A DNA stretch of 64,000 bases from Pseudovirgaria hyperparasitica. Lineage: Eukaryota. Numbering within the stretch: the stretch's first letter is position 1; every line of letters starts with the position of its first letter. The notes beneath the pieces were generated by a model, which ran no database searches, was not told where the DNA came from, and saw nothing but the letters and a program-made list of their open reading frames with translations. This document shows positions 37,584 to 50,263 of this stretch, piece by piece. The stretch lies in assembly GCA_010093815.1 (NCBI GenBank), contig ML996586.1, one strand, 5' to 3'. The position numbers and the translations under genes are program-made.

Positions 37584-40320
37584 TTATGCCCCGGCCTTCA
37601 TAAACCAATCACTATCTGCATCGAAGCTAAAATTCGTAATATTAAACTCATTCCCACCATTTCCACCGACAGCTCCAGCATCCGGTAGCAACCCACTCTC
37701 CGGACCCGCGCTTGCCCCCTGCTGCCCGACCATCATGCCGCCCTCCATACTGACCGGCAGGCGCGGCACGTTGAAAAAGTCAAACACATCCAGATACTCA
37801 AACTCCTGCGGCTGCGGGGTGCGTGCAGGTGTGACGGACGGCAGACGGGACATGCCACCGGAGGCGCCGCTCGCGCGCGGCTGGCGCGAGATGAGGAAAT
37901 CAAGATCGTAGGCGCAGCGGCGCATGTCAGCCAGGATGCGTACAGTGGAGGGCGTGGGACGTTCACCCTCTGCGGTTGGCGGAGCGCGTTGCGAGTCGGA
38001 GTATTCCTCGAGGACGCGGGTGAGCAGAGTGGCGTACCGCTCGGCGACGCGCCAGTACTGACCGAGGTAGTTCAGGGTTTCGACTAGGGCGTGAATAGAA
38101 GGATTCACATTCTGAGAGATGGTGCTGCCATGCACAAGGAGGACGCGTGCTGCGACCCAGAGGGAGAAGGCAAATGGCGGGCCGAGCGTGGAGAGGAGAG
38201 TGGTGGATTTGAGGTAGTTGACCAGGGCAGTGATGTTCTCGACGGCGGAGAGACAGCGCTGAGATGCAGAGTAAGAGGGCGTGAAGATCGGAGAGCGGGT
38301 TGTGGGGTAAGCCGCGGAGGAGTGTAAACGGATGATTGTGCTGTTGGTGGTCAGTCGAATGTCAGATGTGATGGATGGAGTGTCATTGGTGGAAGATTCT
38401 TCAGCAGTGGAGTTATACTCACGTGTTATAGGCAGCATGCAACATGATCCATCCAGTGTTGACGATTTTGTTACCGGCGCCGTTGAAGATACGAGCGACA
38501 TTACCGTACTCATGCGGAAGGCTATGCTTCCATTCGGCCAATGCTTTATCGAGTTCTCGGTACTCAGCCTGCCATTTCTCCACGTCAGATAAAGAGCCGA
38601 TATCCACAGGCTTTTTCAGAAATTGGTGTATTCGAGACAGCAGCCCAATAACTTCGATATAGTACGAAAACGATCCCATATTTTCTGGCTTTTCCATGGA
38701 GTAATCTGTTCTCTCAATCGTCCGGAACCATCGCGTGTCGACAGGCTGATTACGATTGAAGATATCATCTCGACATGGTAGTTTTCGATCAATCTCCCTC
38801 TCATCCAGAGCAAATTCAAAAGCCGTGGCAGCCGTCGCATACCGATCTAGTAAGTAGATCATCCAGAATAGCCGTCTTCGGGATTCTTCTTCGATCCAAT
38901 CTTTTGGCTCTGGCAGAACCATAGCTCTCAGGGTATAAATTGATGGAAATTGCGGCGACACCATGGAAGAAGTAGTCTCAACTGCAAGTCCAAGTTGCAC
39001 GACAGCCCGGGTGATCAACGCGAGAAGATTCCAGCCTGGCGGACCGTTTGAGAAACCAACAAGATCCAACGCAAGAATGACCATGGCCTGCAGCGCCTTG
39101 ACGGAGCTGTTTTCAAGTCCGTACAGGAGGACTTTCTGCTTTGATAGTTCATGATACCTGTCTCTTGCGCCTTGCGTCAGTCGGGCGTCAGTGGAGAACC
39201 TGAGGGTGGTCGCAACAATGGCGTGGAGCAGGATGCGATCCCCATCATCAAGGGAAGATGACGAGGCCCCGAAAAGAGAGTCGAGAGTGGATCTCCGATG
39301 AAGGATTGGACACCACGTGTTTATATGCTTGAAATACAGATCTGCAAGAGCGTATAGTAGGTCATATGGCGGAAAATCGCCCTCATGCATGACTGGCGCG
39401 GATGGCGGAGCATTCGCCAGATTCAAGCTTGGAGATTCCAAAGGCGGATTCGTATGTGAGTAAACATCTCGTGCCGGTGTCGGCAAACCATTTGATGGCT
39501 CATGCTGTATGTGCTGCTGCTGCTGGTATCCATTGTGCTGGGGCTGATGTCTAGCATATTCATTTATCATGGAGTGATTGGGTGCAAAAGTAGAGGGTTT
39601 CTGCAAGAACAATGCCGTCTCGGGCCTGGGTATATGTGTTTGTAGTATGGACGGACTGCGAAACAGCGGGCCATCGTGGGACAACGGAGATGACTGGGCA
39701 TTGTTGACAACATGATTGCTGAGCTGTGAGATTGTAGTCTGCTGCTGATGGATCAGGTCCTCCAGACGATCTGCATATTGGAAGTCAGTCTGATAATTGG
39801 AGTATGTATGTATAGCACAAGGATCGGACCATCAATACTGCCGATGGATATAATGAGCATTTTAAAATGCGGAGTATCGATGCATCCATCAAACAATTGA
39901 CCCGACAAGCGAGGCCAGAGAGATGTGACACATACCTAGTCTTGCCTCGAGTTCACGGCCATAGCCAGCACGCAGACCAGGTTTCTTCCTCTCTTTGTAT
40001 TCACACACTTGGGTATTCTTGACGCACCAGCCACAGCTGGGTTGACCTCGATCACCTGATACAGCGGATTAATTGAGTGTTCTGCAGCATGTGAGAAGAA
40101 CCCGCGCACATTTCACTTTCCGCTGCTTGCAAAGTTCACACGAGACTGACATTGGCCTCTTTCGCTTCCGCGAGCCATCCTCGCCGTCCTCTCCCGAGTC
40201 GTGCCCACTCCACTGGTCTTCCTGATCGTCGTTGTTTGGCGAGACATTGTGGTGTCCGGAGCTGGGACTGGTGCTCTGGAAGGAGGAGGGATGGCGCGGT
40301 GCGGAGGATGAAACACTCAT
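37584..40320 (-). CDS. rhaR: Zn(II)2Cys6 transcription factor with fungal-specific TF domain, probable L-rhamnose regulator RhaR; 4 exons (in-frame ATGs extend to 40383)
   Basis: CELCKQRKVKC|DRGQPSCGWC.....C zinc cluster and EESRRRLFW...LDR middle homology region. The rhaR name rests on its divergent position next to L-rhamnonate dehydratase, as in Aspergillus. Confidence 0.8.
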
Positions 40321-40348
40321 GGCGGCCAGGTCCTTTTCTTTTGGGACT

Positions 40349-40388
40349 GGCATTGGCATTTGCATTGGCATTGGCATTGGCATTGGCA
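40349..40388 (-). repeat. (ATGCCA)n hexamer microsatellite
   Basis: About 6.5 copies of GGCATT on the plus strand, with one variant unit. Confidence 0.9.
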
Positions 40389-41279
40389 AGGCGCATCCAT
40401 CAGCGTCAGCATCGGCACCGGCATGGGCGTCAGCAGCACAAGGCTGGCCTGGCTTGCAACAAAGCCGTGAATGCGCGGTGCGGTGCGGTGCGGTGCAGTG
40501 CGTTACCGTGCAGTGGTCAGTAAGTGAGTGAGTGAGTAAGAGAATGTAGAGGGAGAGAGTTCGGTTCAGAGTGTTGCGAGGGATCCACCACCAGCGACGT
40601 CGCTCTATTAAAGGCCGAGCCGAGGAGCAGGTGGGGAAGGCACCACCCTAAGCTAAAAGCCTTCTAGAAGGTCTCGTGGCTGCCCACGTACCGGCCCAAC
40701 CCCGCCAAAATAGCGCGGCACCCACTGCCAACACCGCTAACAAGTGCCCCTCTTCCGGCTCTTCCGGGGGACCATTCCGAGGCCTCAATTAGTTTGACTT
40801 TGGCTGCCCGTCAGCGCCACATCTGTACCTATCATATCGTATCAATCGTTGTCTGTCGTTCGGCTGCCACATGCACCACACGTGTTTACTAACTGGTTAT
40901 CATCTCATACTACTAAAGTTACGATACTCCCGCCTGTTGACGTCGCCGCAAGATGAACCGAAGCCTTTGTCCGCCCGTCGCTGCTCCCCCGATCCTATAC
41001 AAAAGCACGACAACGCCCTCCAATACCATCCTCACGCCGTACAATTCCTCCGCCACTCTACGATTCCACCCCAGTCTCTCCGCCCGATCCGCCGCAATAT
41101 AAACCCGTAAACACTTCCCTTCACCCGCTGCCCGTCCTTCTCGTCCTTCAACTACGCGTCATCTCGTTTTCGCGCCACGTCCCCAGATCCACTGCCTCCA
41201 GGTTTCAATATATCGATCTATCTCAAATCCCTGGATACCCGCCCTGCCACAATCCTGGCACATTGCCTGAATCGGATCA

Positions 41280-42646
41280 ATGGCGCGCTCCTTTCCGACC
41301 ATCAAGCATGTCCGCACTTTCCTCATCCAGGGCGTCGGCTCCGGGGGCGACTATCACAACGTCAAGGGCGGCCATTGGCTGATTGACTCCAAGATCTCCA
41401 CTCCAATGTCTAGTTATGAGGAGTATCGCAAGTCGCGCACGAGCTGGGGCATCAATGTCCTGGGCTCGTTCTGCGTCGAACTGGAGGCTTCGGATGGCAC
41501 CAAGGGCTTCGCAACGGGCTTCGGGGGCCCGCCGGCCTGTTGGCTGGTAGCAGAGCATTTCGAGAGGTTTCTGCTTGGAGCCGGTATGGCCAAAACCTAG
41601 ACGCCATGCTCTGAATGAGACACACTTCTGACATATCTGCAGACCCCCGCGACACAAACCACCTCTTCGAGCAGATGTACCGTGGCTCAATGTTCTACGG
41701 CCGCAAAGGCCTGCCCGTTGCCGTCATCTCCGTTATTGACCTCGCCCTCTGGGACCTACTCGGCAAGATCCGCAACGAACCCGTATACAAACTCATCGGC
41801 GGCGCAACGCGTACGCGTCTCGACTTCTACTGCACTGGGCCTGAGCCCACAGCCGCGCAATCCATGGGATTCTTCGGCGCCAAGGTGCCCCTGCCCTACT
41901 CCCCTGGCGAAGGATTTGCGGGCATGAAGAAGAACGTAGAATTCCTGCGCGCACATCGAGAAGCTGTAGGACCGGATTTTCCTATCATGGTCGACTGTTA
42001 CATGAGTCTGAACGTGTCGTATACGATCGAGGTTGTGGAGCGGTGCAAGGATCTCAATATCAACTGGTGGGAGGAGTGTTTGTCGCCCGATGACACGGAC
42101 GGCTTCGAGCAGATTAAGCGTGCACATCCAACTGTAAAGTTTACCACAGGCGAACACGAGTATTCGCGATATGGCTTCAGGAAGCTGATTGAGGGCCGCA
42201 ATCTGGACATCCTACAGCCTGACGTCATGTGGGTAGGTGGTATGACAGAATTGCTCAAGGTCGCAGCAATGGCAGCAGCATACGATATTCCGGTCGTGCC
42301 CCACGCCTCGGGTCCGTACTCGTATCACTTCGTCGTGAGTCAGGCGAACTCGCCGTTCCAAGAGTACCTGGCAAACAGCCCAGATGGGAAGAGCGTACTG
42401 CCTGTGTTCGGCAATTTGTTCACCAACGAGCCGATCCCGACAAAGGGGTATCTGGACGTTAGTGAGCTAGACAAGCCTGGCTTCGGTCTGGAGATCAATC
42501 CACAAGCACGCTTGATAAACGCTGCCGGCATCCTCAGCCCCGCTCCTCAGAAGGCACTTAAGCCAGCACAAGAGACTGAAGAGTCGAGACCTGAGGGCAT
42601 CAATGGTGATGTAACTTCACGACCCGCTACGAATGGCATTTCATAA
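41280..42646 (+). CDS. lraC: L-rhamnonate dehydratase (enolase superfamily); 2 exons
   Basis: GGDYH....HWLID..ISTPMS, MVDCYMSL, WWEECL, TTGEHE, DILQPD and VVPH motifs; intron about 41584-41642. Confidence 0.92.
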
Positions 42647-43244
42647 GATCCGCATATTGGCCATCTCTTTCCATTCTTTGCACATATTACGACTGGACGA
42701 TTTATGAGAATTGGGTCGCTTAATGACGCGGCGGAACATACATTCATGAACATAGAACAACATTACCCATAGCCAAAGAGATTCATGTCAGCAAGCCATT
42801 CCCATCATGCATTCAAGATCTACACTTACGTTCTCCTTTAATGACTCCACTGTGGCTCCCATGTCAATACTCGTAGCCTTAGAAAAGCTTACAACATACA
42901 TCCAACCTATTGTGTATATTCCAAGAAAGGAGGTACGAGTATATATCTTGTTGCGGGTCAGTCGAGGTGTTATTCGCAGCGACCACGTAAGCTTGCGATC
43001 GGCGTTGGTATGCAGGCTTGAACGCTGCTGGGAACTGATGGTGGAAAGTAAAACGCCGCATAGTCTCGTATCATGTCGTAGTGCAGGTTTCATTTTTCAT
43101 ACTTGCCCTGTTCCTGCCACAAACATGTCACAACATAAGTCGAGCTCGAATGTGTTGGATTCGGCTGTTGATACACTGAAATACAAATTATCGTGGTCTC
43201 GTTGATTTTTTTCTTCTTCGAGCTTGACCATCCACCAGGGCGCG

Positions 43245-43992
43245 TCACCGCGCTCGAAATGGGCTTTCGCTTGCTGCCGTATACGAGTCGAGACTCAGCA
43301 GGCTCGTAAAATACAACCCGAAGAATCTCACGACCACATCTATGTATCCGTTTCCTCCTCCACCCAGTGTGCGTCCCGCGCCGCCAGTTCCCGGCATACG
43401 TGCGCCGAATGACCACCCAGATGAGCCGGTCTGGCTGCGCGATGTGCCTGCTCCTGCACCTCCGAGCGTATGGCCTTTGCTCTGGAACGACGTAGACGAC
43501 TGTGCAGGGCCTTTTGCGGAATCTGAGGATGCGGACATCACTGCGTTTCGGAGTGCAGATGGGTTGGCGCCGCGAATGGTTTCGATGACAGAAGAGCGTT
43601 TGAGGATGAGAAAGGTAGGCATGCTATATTCATTATCAGTCCGGGAGCTTCATGTATATCGAAGCGATTCGTGAGGATAACATACGCTGACACACCATAC
43701 TTCTGCGCGATGCCCGGTTGTGCATCAACGTCGACTTTGGCGAAGATGATCCGACCAGGCTTCGTCTCGGAGGCAGCTAGCTGGTTGAAGGTTGGAGCGA
43801 TAGCTGATCATATTGTCAGAAATGGTATCCATGTAGTTAACTGCATACCAATGTTCTAGTGGTGCTGTATGAACTTTGCGTACTTTTGCAAGGTCCACAC
43901 CATGTGGCGTGGAAGTCAACGATTACGTATGTATTGGACTTGAGGAGGGTTTCGAATTGTGCGCTTGAATTTATGACTGTAGGAGATGACAT
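43245..43992 (-). CDS. Thioredoxin-domain protein with Gly-rich linker and hydrophobic C-terminal segment; 3 exons
   Basis: VDFHATWCGPCK, AKVDVD and MPTF motifs; C-terminal RFFGLYFTSLLSLD. Confidence 0.9.
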
Positions 43993-44126
43993 ATCTGTGA
44001 GATATAGTTGATACAACAGATCAAGGTTGGAAGGTCAAGGCCAAGCTGAAAGATCACCTTTATGGCATACATGCTCAGTGAAGGCCGAACTGGCCTTATG
44101 TGAAGCGGAGTTATCTCCGATTATAG

Positions 44127-44134
44127 TCACGTGA
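44127..44134. promoter_or_regulatory. Palindromic TCACGTGA bHLH (Cbf1-type) site in the thioredoxin/UAP1 divergent promoter
   Basis: Exact GTCACGTGA match; function not shown. Confidence 0.3.
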
Positions 44135-44760
44135 TAATCACTCTGAGCTTCGTCTTGCAGCTATCACATTAGCACCTTGAGATCTGATAGCTCATTCTGA
44201 GTAACATAGCAGAGCAGCGAGCCTTTGTTCGAGCGGAAGGTCATAAGCAGCAGATCAGAGTCTTGATCTCCATCAATTTGAAATAGGTGAGAGGCAGCTG
44301 GTATCCTTTGTCAGGAGTTTAGGCCAAGGCTCAAGCAATTGATGGCATTTTGCCCTTAGCGCATATCATGGCGGGGTCACCCCCGGCCGAGCATCAGGGT
44401 CCCAGATGAGCTGAAACCAGACGATAACAGAGGACATAGTCTTCACTCTAAGCTGTCAGGAGGAGTTCACATCCATGGGACATAACCAATTGTCAAGTGA
44501 CAGACTTAAAAACAGTCTCAGATTAACCAGGCAGCCGTGGCGAGATGCAGTCGACTTATTGGATGCAGCAGGCAGAGGGGCAAATGAAGATGCACAGCCA
44601 GGTTGTCACGCTAGTTAACGTCAGGGAGCTCCTACTCCAATAAACACTGAGCGGTCTTCGCTCTTCTCACCGCATAGCGACCTGACGTCTAACCTGTTAC
44701 TTCAAATACTTCACACGTCTCATCTACATACCAATCGCACCAAAGTAACCTGTATACATC

Positions 44761-46400
44761 ATGGAAGGGTTGGCCAAGGCGACCGCTGGCGTCAAGAACA
44801 TAATCATTGGCGAAAGTGCCACTGTGCCCTCTACAGACGAGCTGACAGAGCTCCGCGAAAAATACGAAAAAACTGGTCAGGGCCATGTTTTTACCTTCTA
44901 CGACGAGCTCGATGCTACTGGCAAAACTAGCCTTTACGAGCAGCTAGCCAATTTCGATCCTGAATATATCAATGATATCACAGAGACAGCCTTACACCCT
45001 CCGAAGACCGAAGATGTAGTCGCTCCCAAGCTCGAACCTCTACCAGATGCCGCCACATCTTCCATCCTTGACTCCAAAGCAGAAGATCTTGAGAACTGGT
45101 TCCAGTCAGGCTTGGACCTAGTAGCGGAAAATAAGGTTGCAGTTGTCTTGATGGCTGGAGGCCAGGGAACAAGGCTTGGTAGCTCTGCACCGAAAGGGTG
45201 CTTCGATATCGGCCTTATCACCAAGAAATCCCTGTTCCAGCTTCAGGCGGAAAGGATTCTGAAGGTACAGCAATTAGCCGCCCAGAAGCACTGCAAAAAT
45301 GAAGGTGAGGTGATCGTTCCGTGGTACGTCATGACGAGTGGGCCGACACGAAAACCAACTGAGGAATACTTCAAAAATGCTACCAAAACTGTCAAAGTAA
45401 ATGGAGCGTATAAAACAGTTCCCAACCCTTACTTTGGTCTAAAGGAAGAGAACGTCGTCTTCTTTGAGCAAGGTGTACTGCCTTGCATCTCGAATGAGGG
45501 CAAGATCATCTTGGAAAGCAAATCGAAGGTTGCAGTGGCTCCCGACGGCAATGGAGGTCTCTATCAAGCTCTCATAACTTCTGGTGTCGTGGCAGACATG
45601 AAGAAGCGTGCTGTCAAGCATATTCATGCTTATTGCGTTGACAATTGTTTGGTCAAGGTCGCAGACCCAGTTTTCATCGGCTTCGCTGCTTCGAAAAACG
45701 TCGACGTCGCCACCAAAGTCGTCCGTAAGCGCAACGCCAAAGAGTCAGTAGGTCTTATTATCCAGAAGGATGGTAAGCCAGACGTAGTCGAATACTCTGA
45801 GATAGATGCCGAAACAGCAGAGGCCAAGGACTCACACAACTCCCAACTACTTAAGTTTCGAGCGGCCAACATTGTCAACCACTACTACTCGTATGACTTC
45901 CTTGAGAGCATTCCTGAGTGGGTTCGCAAGCTGCCACACCACATCGCACGCAAGAAGATTCCCTACACTGACTTGGAGAGCGGTAACTCTGTTAAGCCAG
46001 AGAAGCCTAACGGTATAAAGCTGGAACAATTTGTGTTTGATTGCTTTCCCTTCCTAGCGATGGAGAAATTTGCTTGTATGGAAGTCAAGCGTGAAGATGA
46101 ATTTTCACCCCTAAAGAACGCTCGTGGGACAGGCGAAGACGACCCAGACACAAGCAAAAGGGACATCGAGCAACAGGGCAAGAGATGGATTCAGGCCACT
46201 GGCATCACGGTGACCTATAAAGATGACAATGAACATGCAGGCATCGAGGTCTCACCACTGATTAGCTATGTGAGTCAATCCCTTATCGGAAACAAGAACG
46301 AGAGACTGACTTTGGCTAGGGCGGAGAGGGTCTTAATTTCCTCAAACAACGTACAATCCAGGCTCCTGCCGTGATCGAATGGGAAGTCGAGGAGAAGTAG
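44761..46400 (+). CDS. UAP1: UDP-N-acetylglucosamine pyrophosphorylase; 2 exons
   Basis: [41 protein letters not shown] and EFSPLKN. Intron about 46269-46319 restores SY|GGEGL. Confidence 0.96.
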
Positions 46401-47151
46401 GTCACTATCAACCTACTGGACCAGGACCTTACTCAGATTATTTGGTCATGACTCTCAATTACAATCCTTCGACAAGGTTGTTTGGCGAAAGGTTTAGACC
46501 TTACAAACAGCCTAGTGAAAGAGTGTATACTTCATAGCTTCCATGACCTGCGAGAAATTGAACGAGATATAGTAGTACTGGTAGACATGGCAATGCAGCT
46601 TTGTTATAGGTTGAACAAGGGCTGTTAACAGATCTGCATATTGTTTCCGGTCAGTGACCTGGATATCCGCATGCGTCTCTTGACGCTACTCACGTTATGA
46701 ACTTAGACATAACCAACAGCATGGATCAATCTATCACAACCTTATGGCGACATCCATGGAGCAACTCGAGGGCAGTATCCTCCCGTGCTCGTGCTATGAG
46801 AGTGTACATGCCGTTACTAACAAAGTTATTGCTTGTGTGCCGTACAGGTGTACTAGCACGATTGGCTCACTAGCACGATTGGCTCGTTATTTGCAGGATG
46901 CATGCAAGACACTCAAATAGGATAATTTCTCCACCCGTCTCCACAGAGAAGCATTCATTCCTCTCGTAATACTTTACCTAATCACTCACACTTGAATACC
47001 ACGCTTCAAAACTAGGAGTGATGAGACTTTCTAATGGAACTTGTCTGATTTGATAACGGAGGCTAGAACCTCACTGCCTGCTGAGAGATAATTAGGCCTC
47101 CGCACAAACATAAGTTTATTGTGCGCTAGCCCTTTCAGACATGCCTTTGCC

Positions 47152-48614
47152 ATGGCATCCAACGAGTTCCGATACCAGCCTTTGGAGAGTAATCGTCATG
47201 TAAGGCTCCTGTCGTTTCGTACTCCTTTGAAGGAAGAGTTTAAGAAAAATGTCTGGAGATGAAATGATTAACTACTACCTCGTAGAGTGCCCTGAACCTG
47301 ACAAGCCCGAGCTCATCGAGGTGACTCTTGAGTGTAATTGGATTTTCGACCTAGTTCACGTTACGCTCGAAGATGAACCTGTATTCGAAGCCGTGTCATA
47401 CACTTGGGGATCAGCTAATTGAATCGTCCGACTGCGCATAGTAAGGGGCACTTCCCTGGCCAATACCGGGTTCTACATACAGGATTAACCTTCATTTGAG
47501 CAATCAGAAGCCGGGTTCTTATGGATCGATCAAGTTTGTATGAACCAGGTTGACCACGAATAGCGTTCGATGCACGTCGCTCTTATGGGAGAGCTACACA
47601 GCAAATCTCATTGCACAATTATCTACATGGAGTCCTACCATCCTACGTCTCACGTTCCAACGAAATCTTTTACCAAACTACGGAAACTTATACGGAAAGT
47701 GCATGGCTTGGTAGCTACTAACGATAGCAGGGATAGTCTGCCTGCATTAATGCAAACAGTATCCAGTTTGTCTCAGCCTGGTCAGCTTCTAGATAGTGAG
47801 GAAAGTATCAGAGAATATAGCAAGGGAGCGTTTGCTCTCGGTTCCTAATTATGGTTTTCTAGAAGCTGGGTCGTTCAGGAGGCAGTCATGTCTCCCGTTG
47901 TCCTCTTCGCACGCGGCACGGTATCGCCACGCCATCGACTTCAGCATATCACCATACACTATCAAGGTTTTCTATGCCGCATTTTCTCGATGTTTAAATG
48001 GCAATAGCCCTCAGATCTCCTTCAGAAGCTCACAATATGCGCGCATCAGCCTCATGCTGAACATCCGCACCTCTTACAAAAGATCACAATGCGGATCTTC
48101 GCGAATTTTCGTCATGTACGACAAATGAATTCAAAATTTCGCAAACACTTCCGAGTTCGACGTGACTAACCCCCACAGCAAGGTCAATGCATTTCTAGGG
48201 TTGCGTACGCCATAGATTCACATACCTGACTACACGCGTTCCGTCGAATAGACCTAATCAAGCTTTGTCAAGTCACTCATTGATGAATCACGTTCGCTCC
48301 AGGCACTGGGGCTGGTATACAGGTTTAGGTCGTCCCAGTCTGCGGATAAATCTAGTGGTCTACCTTCGTGGGCGCCAAACTTGCTTGACGAACGAAAGCT
48401 AAACGTATTATTCCATCTGCCGCTAGCGATACCACAGTGCAGGCAAGGAGATATGTAGCCGTGCTGCATGGATCGACTGTGCCGGTACTGTTGAGAAAAA
48501 GGGGAAGGTTCCGAGGAGTGGAGGTTCATAGAGGACTGCTACGTCGAGGGCATCATGCACGGAGAGGCTGTTGATTGGGACGAGAGCGACGCAGATGAAA
48601 TTATGCTTGTTTGA
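47152..48614 (+). pseudogene. HET-domain (HET-6-like) pseudogene
   Basis: YQPL...VRLL, FEAVSYTWG, LWIDQVCMNQ, WFSRSWVVQE, PDY, LPSWAP and CYVEGIMHGEA occur in order but are separated by stops and frameshifts. Confidence 0.88.
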
Positions 48615-49808
48615 AAGATTCAAGAAGGGCTGATGTAAGACGCAGGAATAATCAAGAAGACTCAGGTGCCATATGTATTGCAACCAAGTCAGGACATTAG
48701 ACTGCGTTCTGGAGTGTTGGTGCTGGGTCAATAGGGATAATATGAGAATATACTGTTTTCCACCAGTTATGGGTCTACATAATTTAACGACATCACAGAA
48801 ACGTATCTTTCGATGCATTCTCATTCCATCGGCCGGGGTCATATCTTGCTCTCTCTCGTGAATACTTATGATCCTGTATGAATGCAGCGAGCAGGGATAA
48901 ACTGCGTAACTCTATAGTCGTGAGGAAGCCACGCGGCCCAGAACCAAGAATCGAACCTATAGGGATTGGGTCTACTCATGAGAGCAGATGAGGTCTGACA
49001 GTGTAACATTCTGCTGAATATATGTACCCCGATAAGGTCTACGGTATTGTAGCATAGAATTATAGACATACATAGATATGTCATATAGAAATCATTAGCC
49101 ACTTTTTTATCAGGTCAGATATAACAGGGAGTTTCACTGCACGGACTACATGGTTCATTGGTCATATTATCTATGCAATGTCCGTGTCACACTCCAAGTT
49201 AGAATACTCCTAGACATGTTAGAACACTTTTACAATCATGCACAGGTAAAGATTCCTTTACGCTTCGCGTAACAAACTTAGGCCGTCACAACATCTCGTG
49301 AGTATTGACAACAGCGACTAGATTTCGTCATCATGATGGGTCTATTGGGCGTCTACTATCTATACAGTTTTGGATGAATTCGTTTGCGGACTTAATGTTT
49401 GGCTTTCAAGTAAAGACGATACTTGACGTCGACAGAGCCTACAACTAACTAATATAGCTGGCAATGTACCCACCTGCCTGAGCAATTCGGTACATTCTCA
49501 GTAATGCTTAGCATAAGACAGCAGCACTGTCGATCGGAGGGACATCTACCACAATGTTCCATTATAGACCGTACTGAGGCACTGGTTGTTTGTAGTTTGT
49601 TGATGAACGTCGTCACCTAGATCGGAAGTGCTCAAGGACAGTCAGAAGTGGGCAGGAGCTCCGCATTCGTGCAAAGAAAAAAGAAAACAAAGCAAAGACT
49701 GAACGAAATTACACTTATTTAGCATGCGCGCCCATTGTTGGAAAAATATCATTCCAAACACTTCTCCCAGATAGCTCTGTCGTCAGTTCAGATATTTCTA
49801 TTTTCACT

Positions 49809-50263
49809 ATGTTTCTAAGGAACTTCTTTATGACTTTAGCTTTCGCAGCGAGTACTGTCGCGCGAAACTGGCCCTTCCCTGAAAGCACCGGTGAATTCAT
49901 TTGTGATAGCACCCTTCATCCAGATTGGTCGGAGTGCGAGAATATCATCGAGCCTATGACCTACGAAGGATCATACGTGGGACCAAGATTCGCAGAAGGT
50001 CAGGCTTTCACCGGTAAGGCCTGTCAGATCCGCACTCTTCGTTGTGACAGCGAAGACGGTGAATACCGTGAAGAAAACGTCAGTAGCATGTATGGGATAG
50101 TGAGAAATGAGTGCATGGAACATAACTCCGCCGGCGCGTATAGATCTGGCGACACTGTAAGTTAATATCTTGACATGGAAGTGACTATTGCTCATGCATG
50201 CTGCAGTGCGTCCTTGTCGACAACCCGGAGAACCCATTCGGAAGCATCTCTCAAGAGAAGTGA
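49809..50263 (+). CDS. Small secreted cysteine-rich protein, 134 aa with 6 Cys; effector candidate; 2 exons
   Basis: Signal peptide MFLRNFFMTLAFAASTVA; GTAAGT..CAG intron 50157-50206; TGA at 50261-50263. Confidence 0.7.

Noticed and set aside
40680..40790. CGG/CCG triplets as RhaR binding sites
   Set aside because: Spacers seen (5, 7 and 9 bp) do not match the CGG-N11-CCG site I recall for RhaR.
46851..46884. 17-bp tandem duplication ACTAGCACGATTGGCTC
   Set aside because: Two copies with no spacer; simple slippage, not an array.
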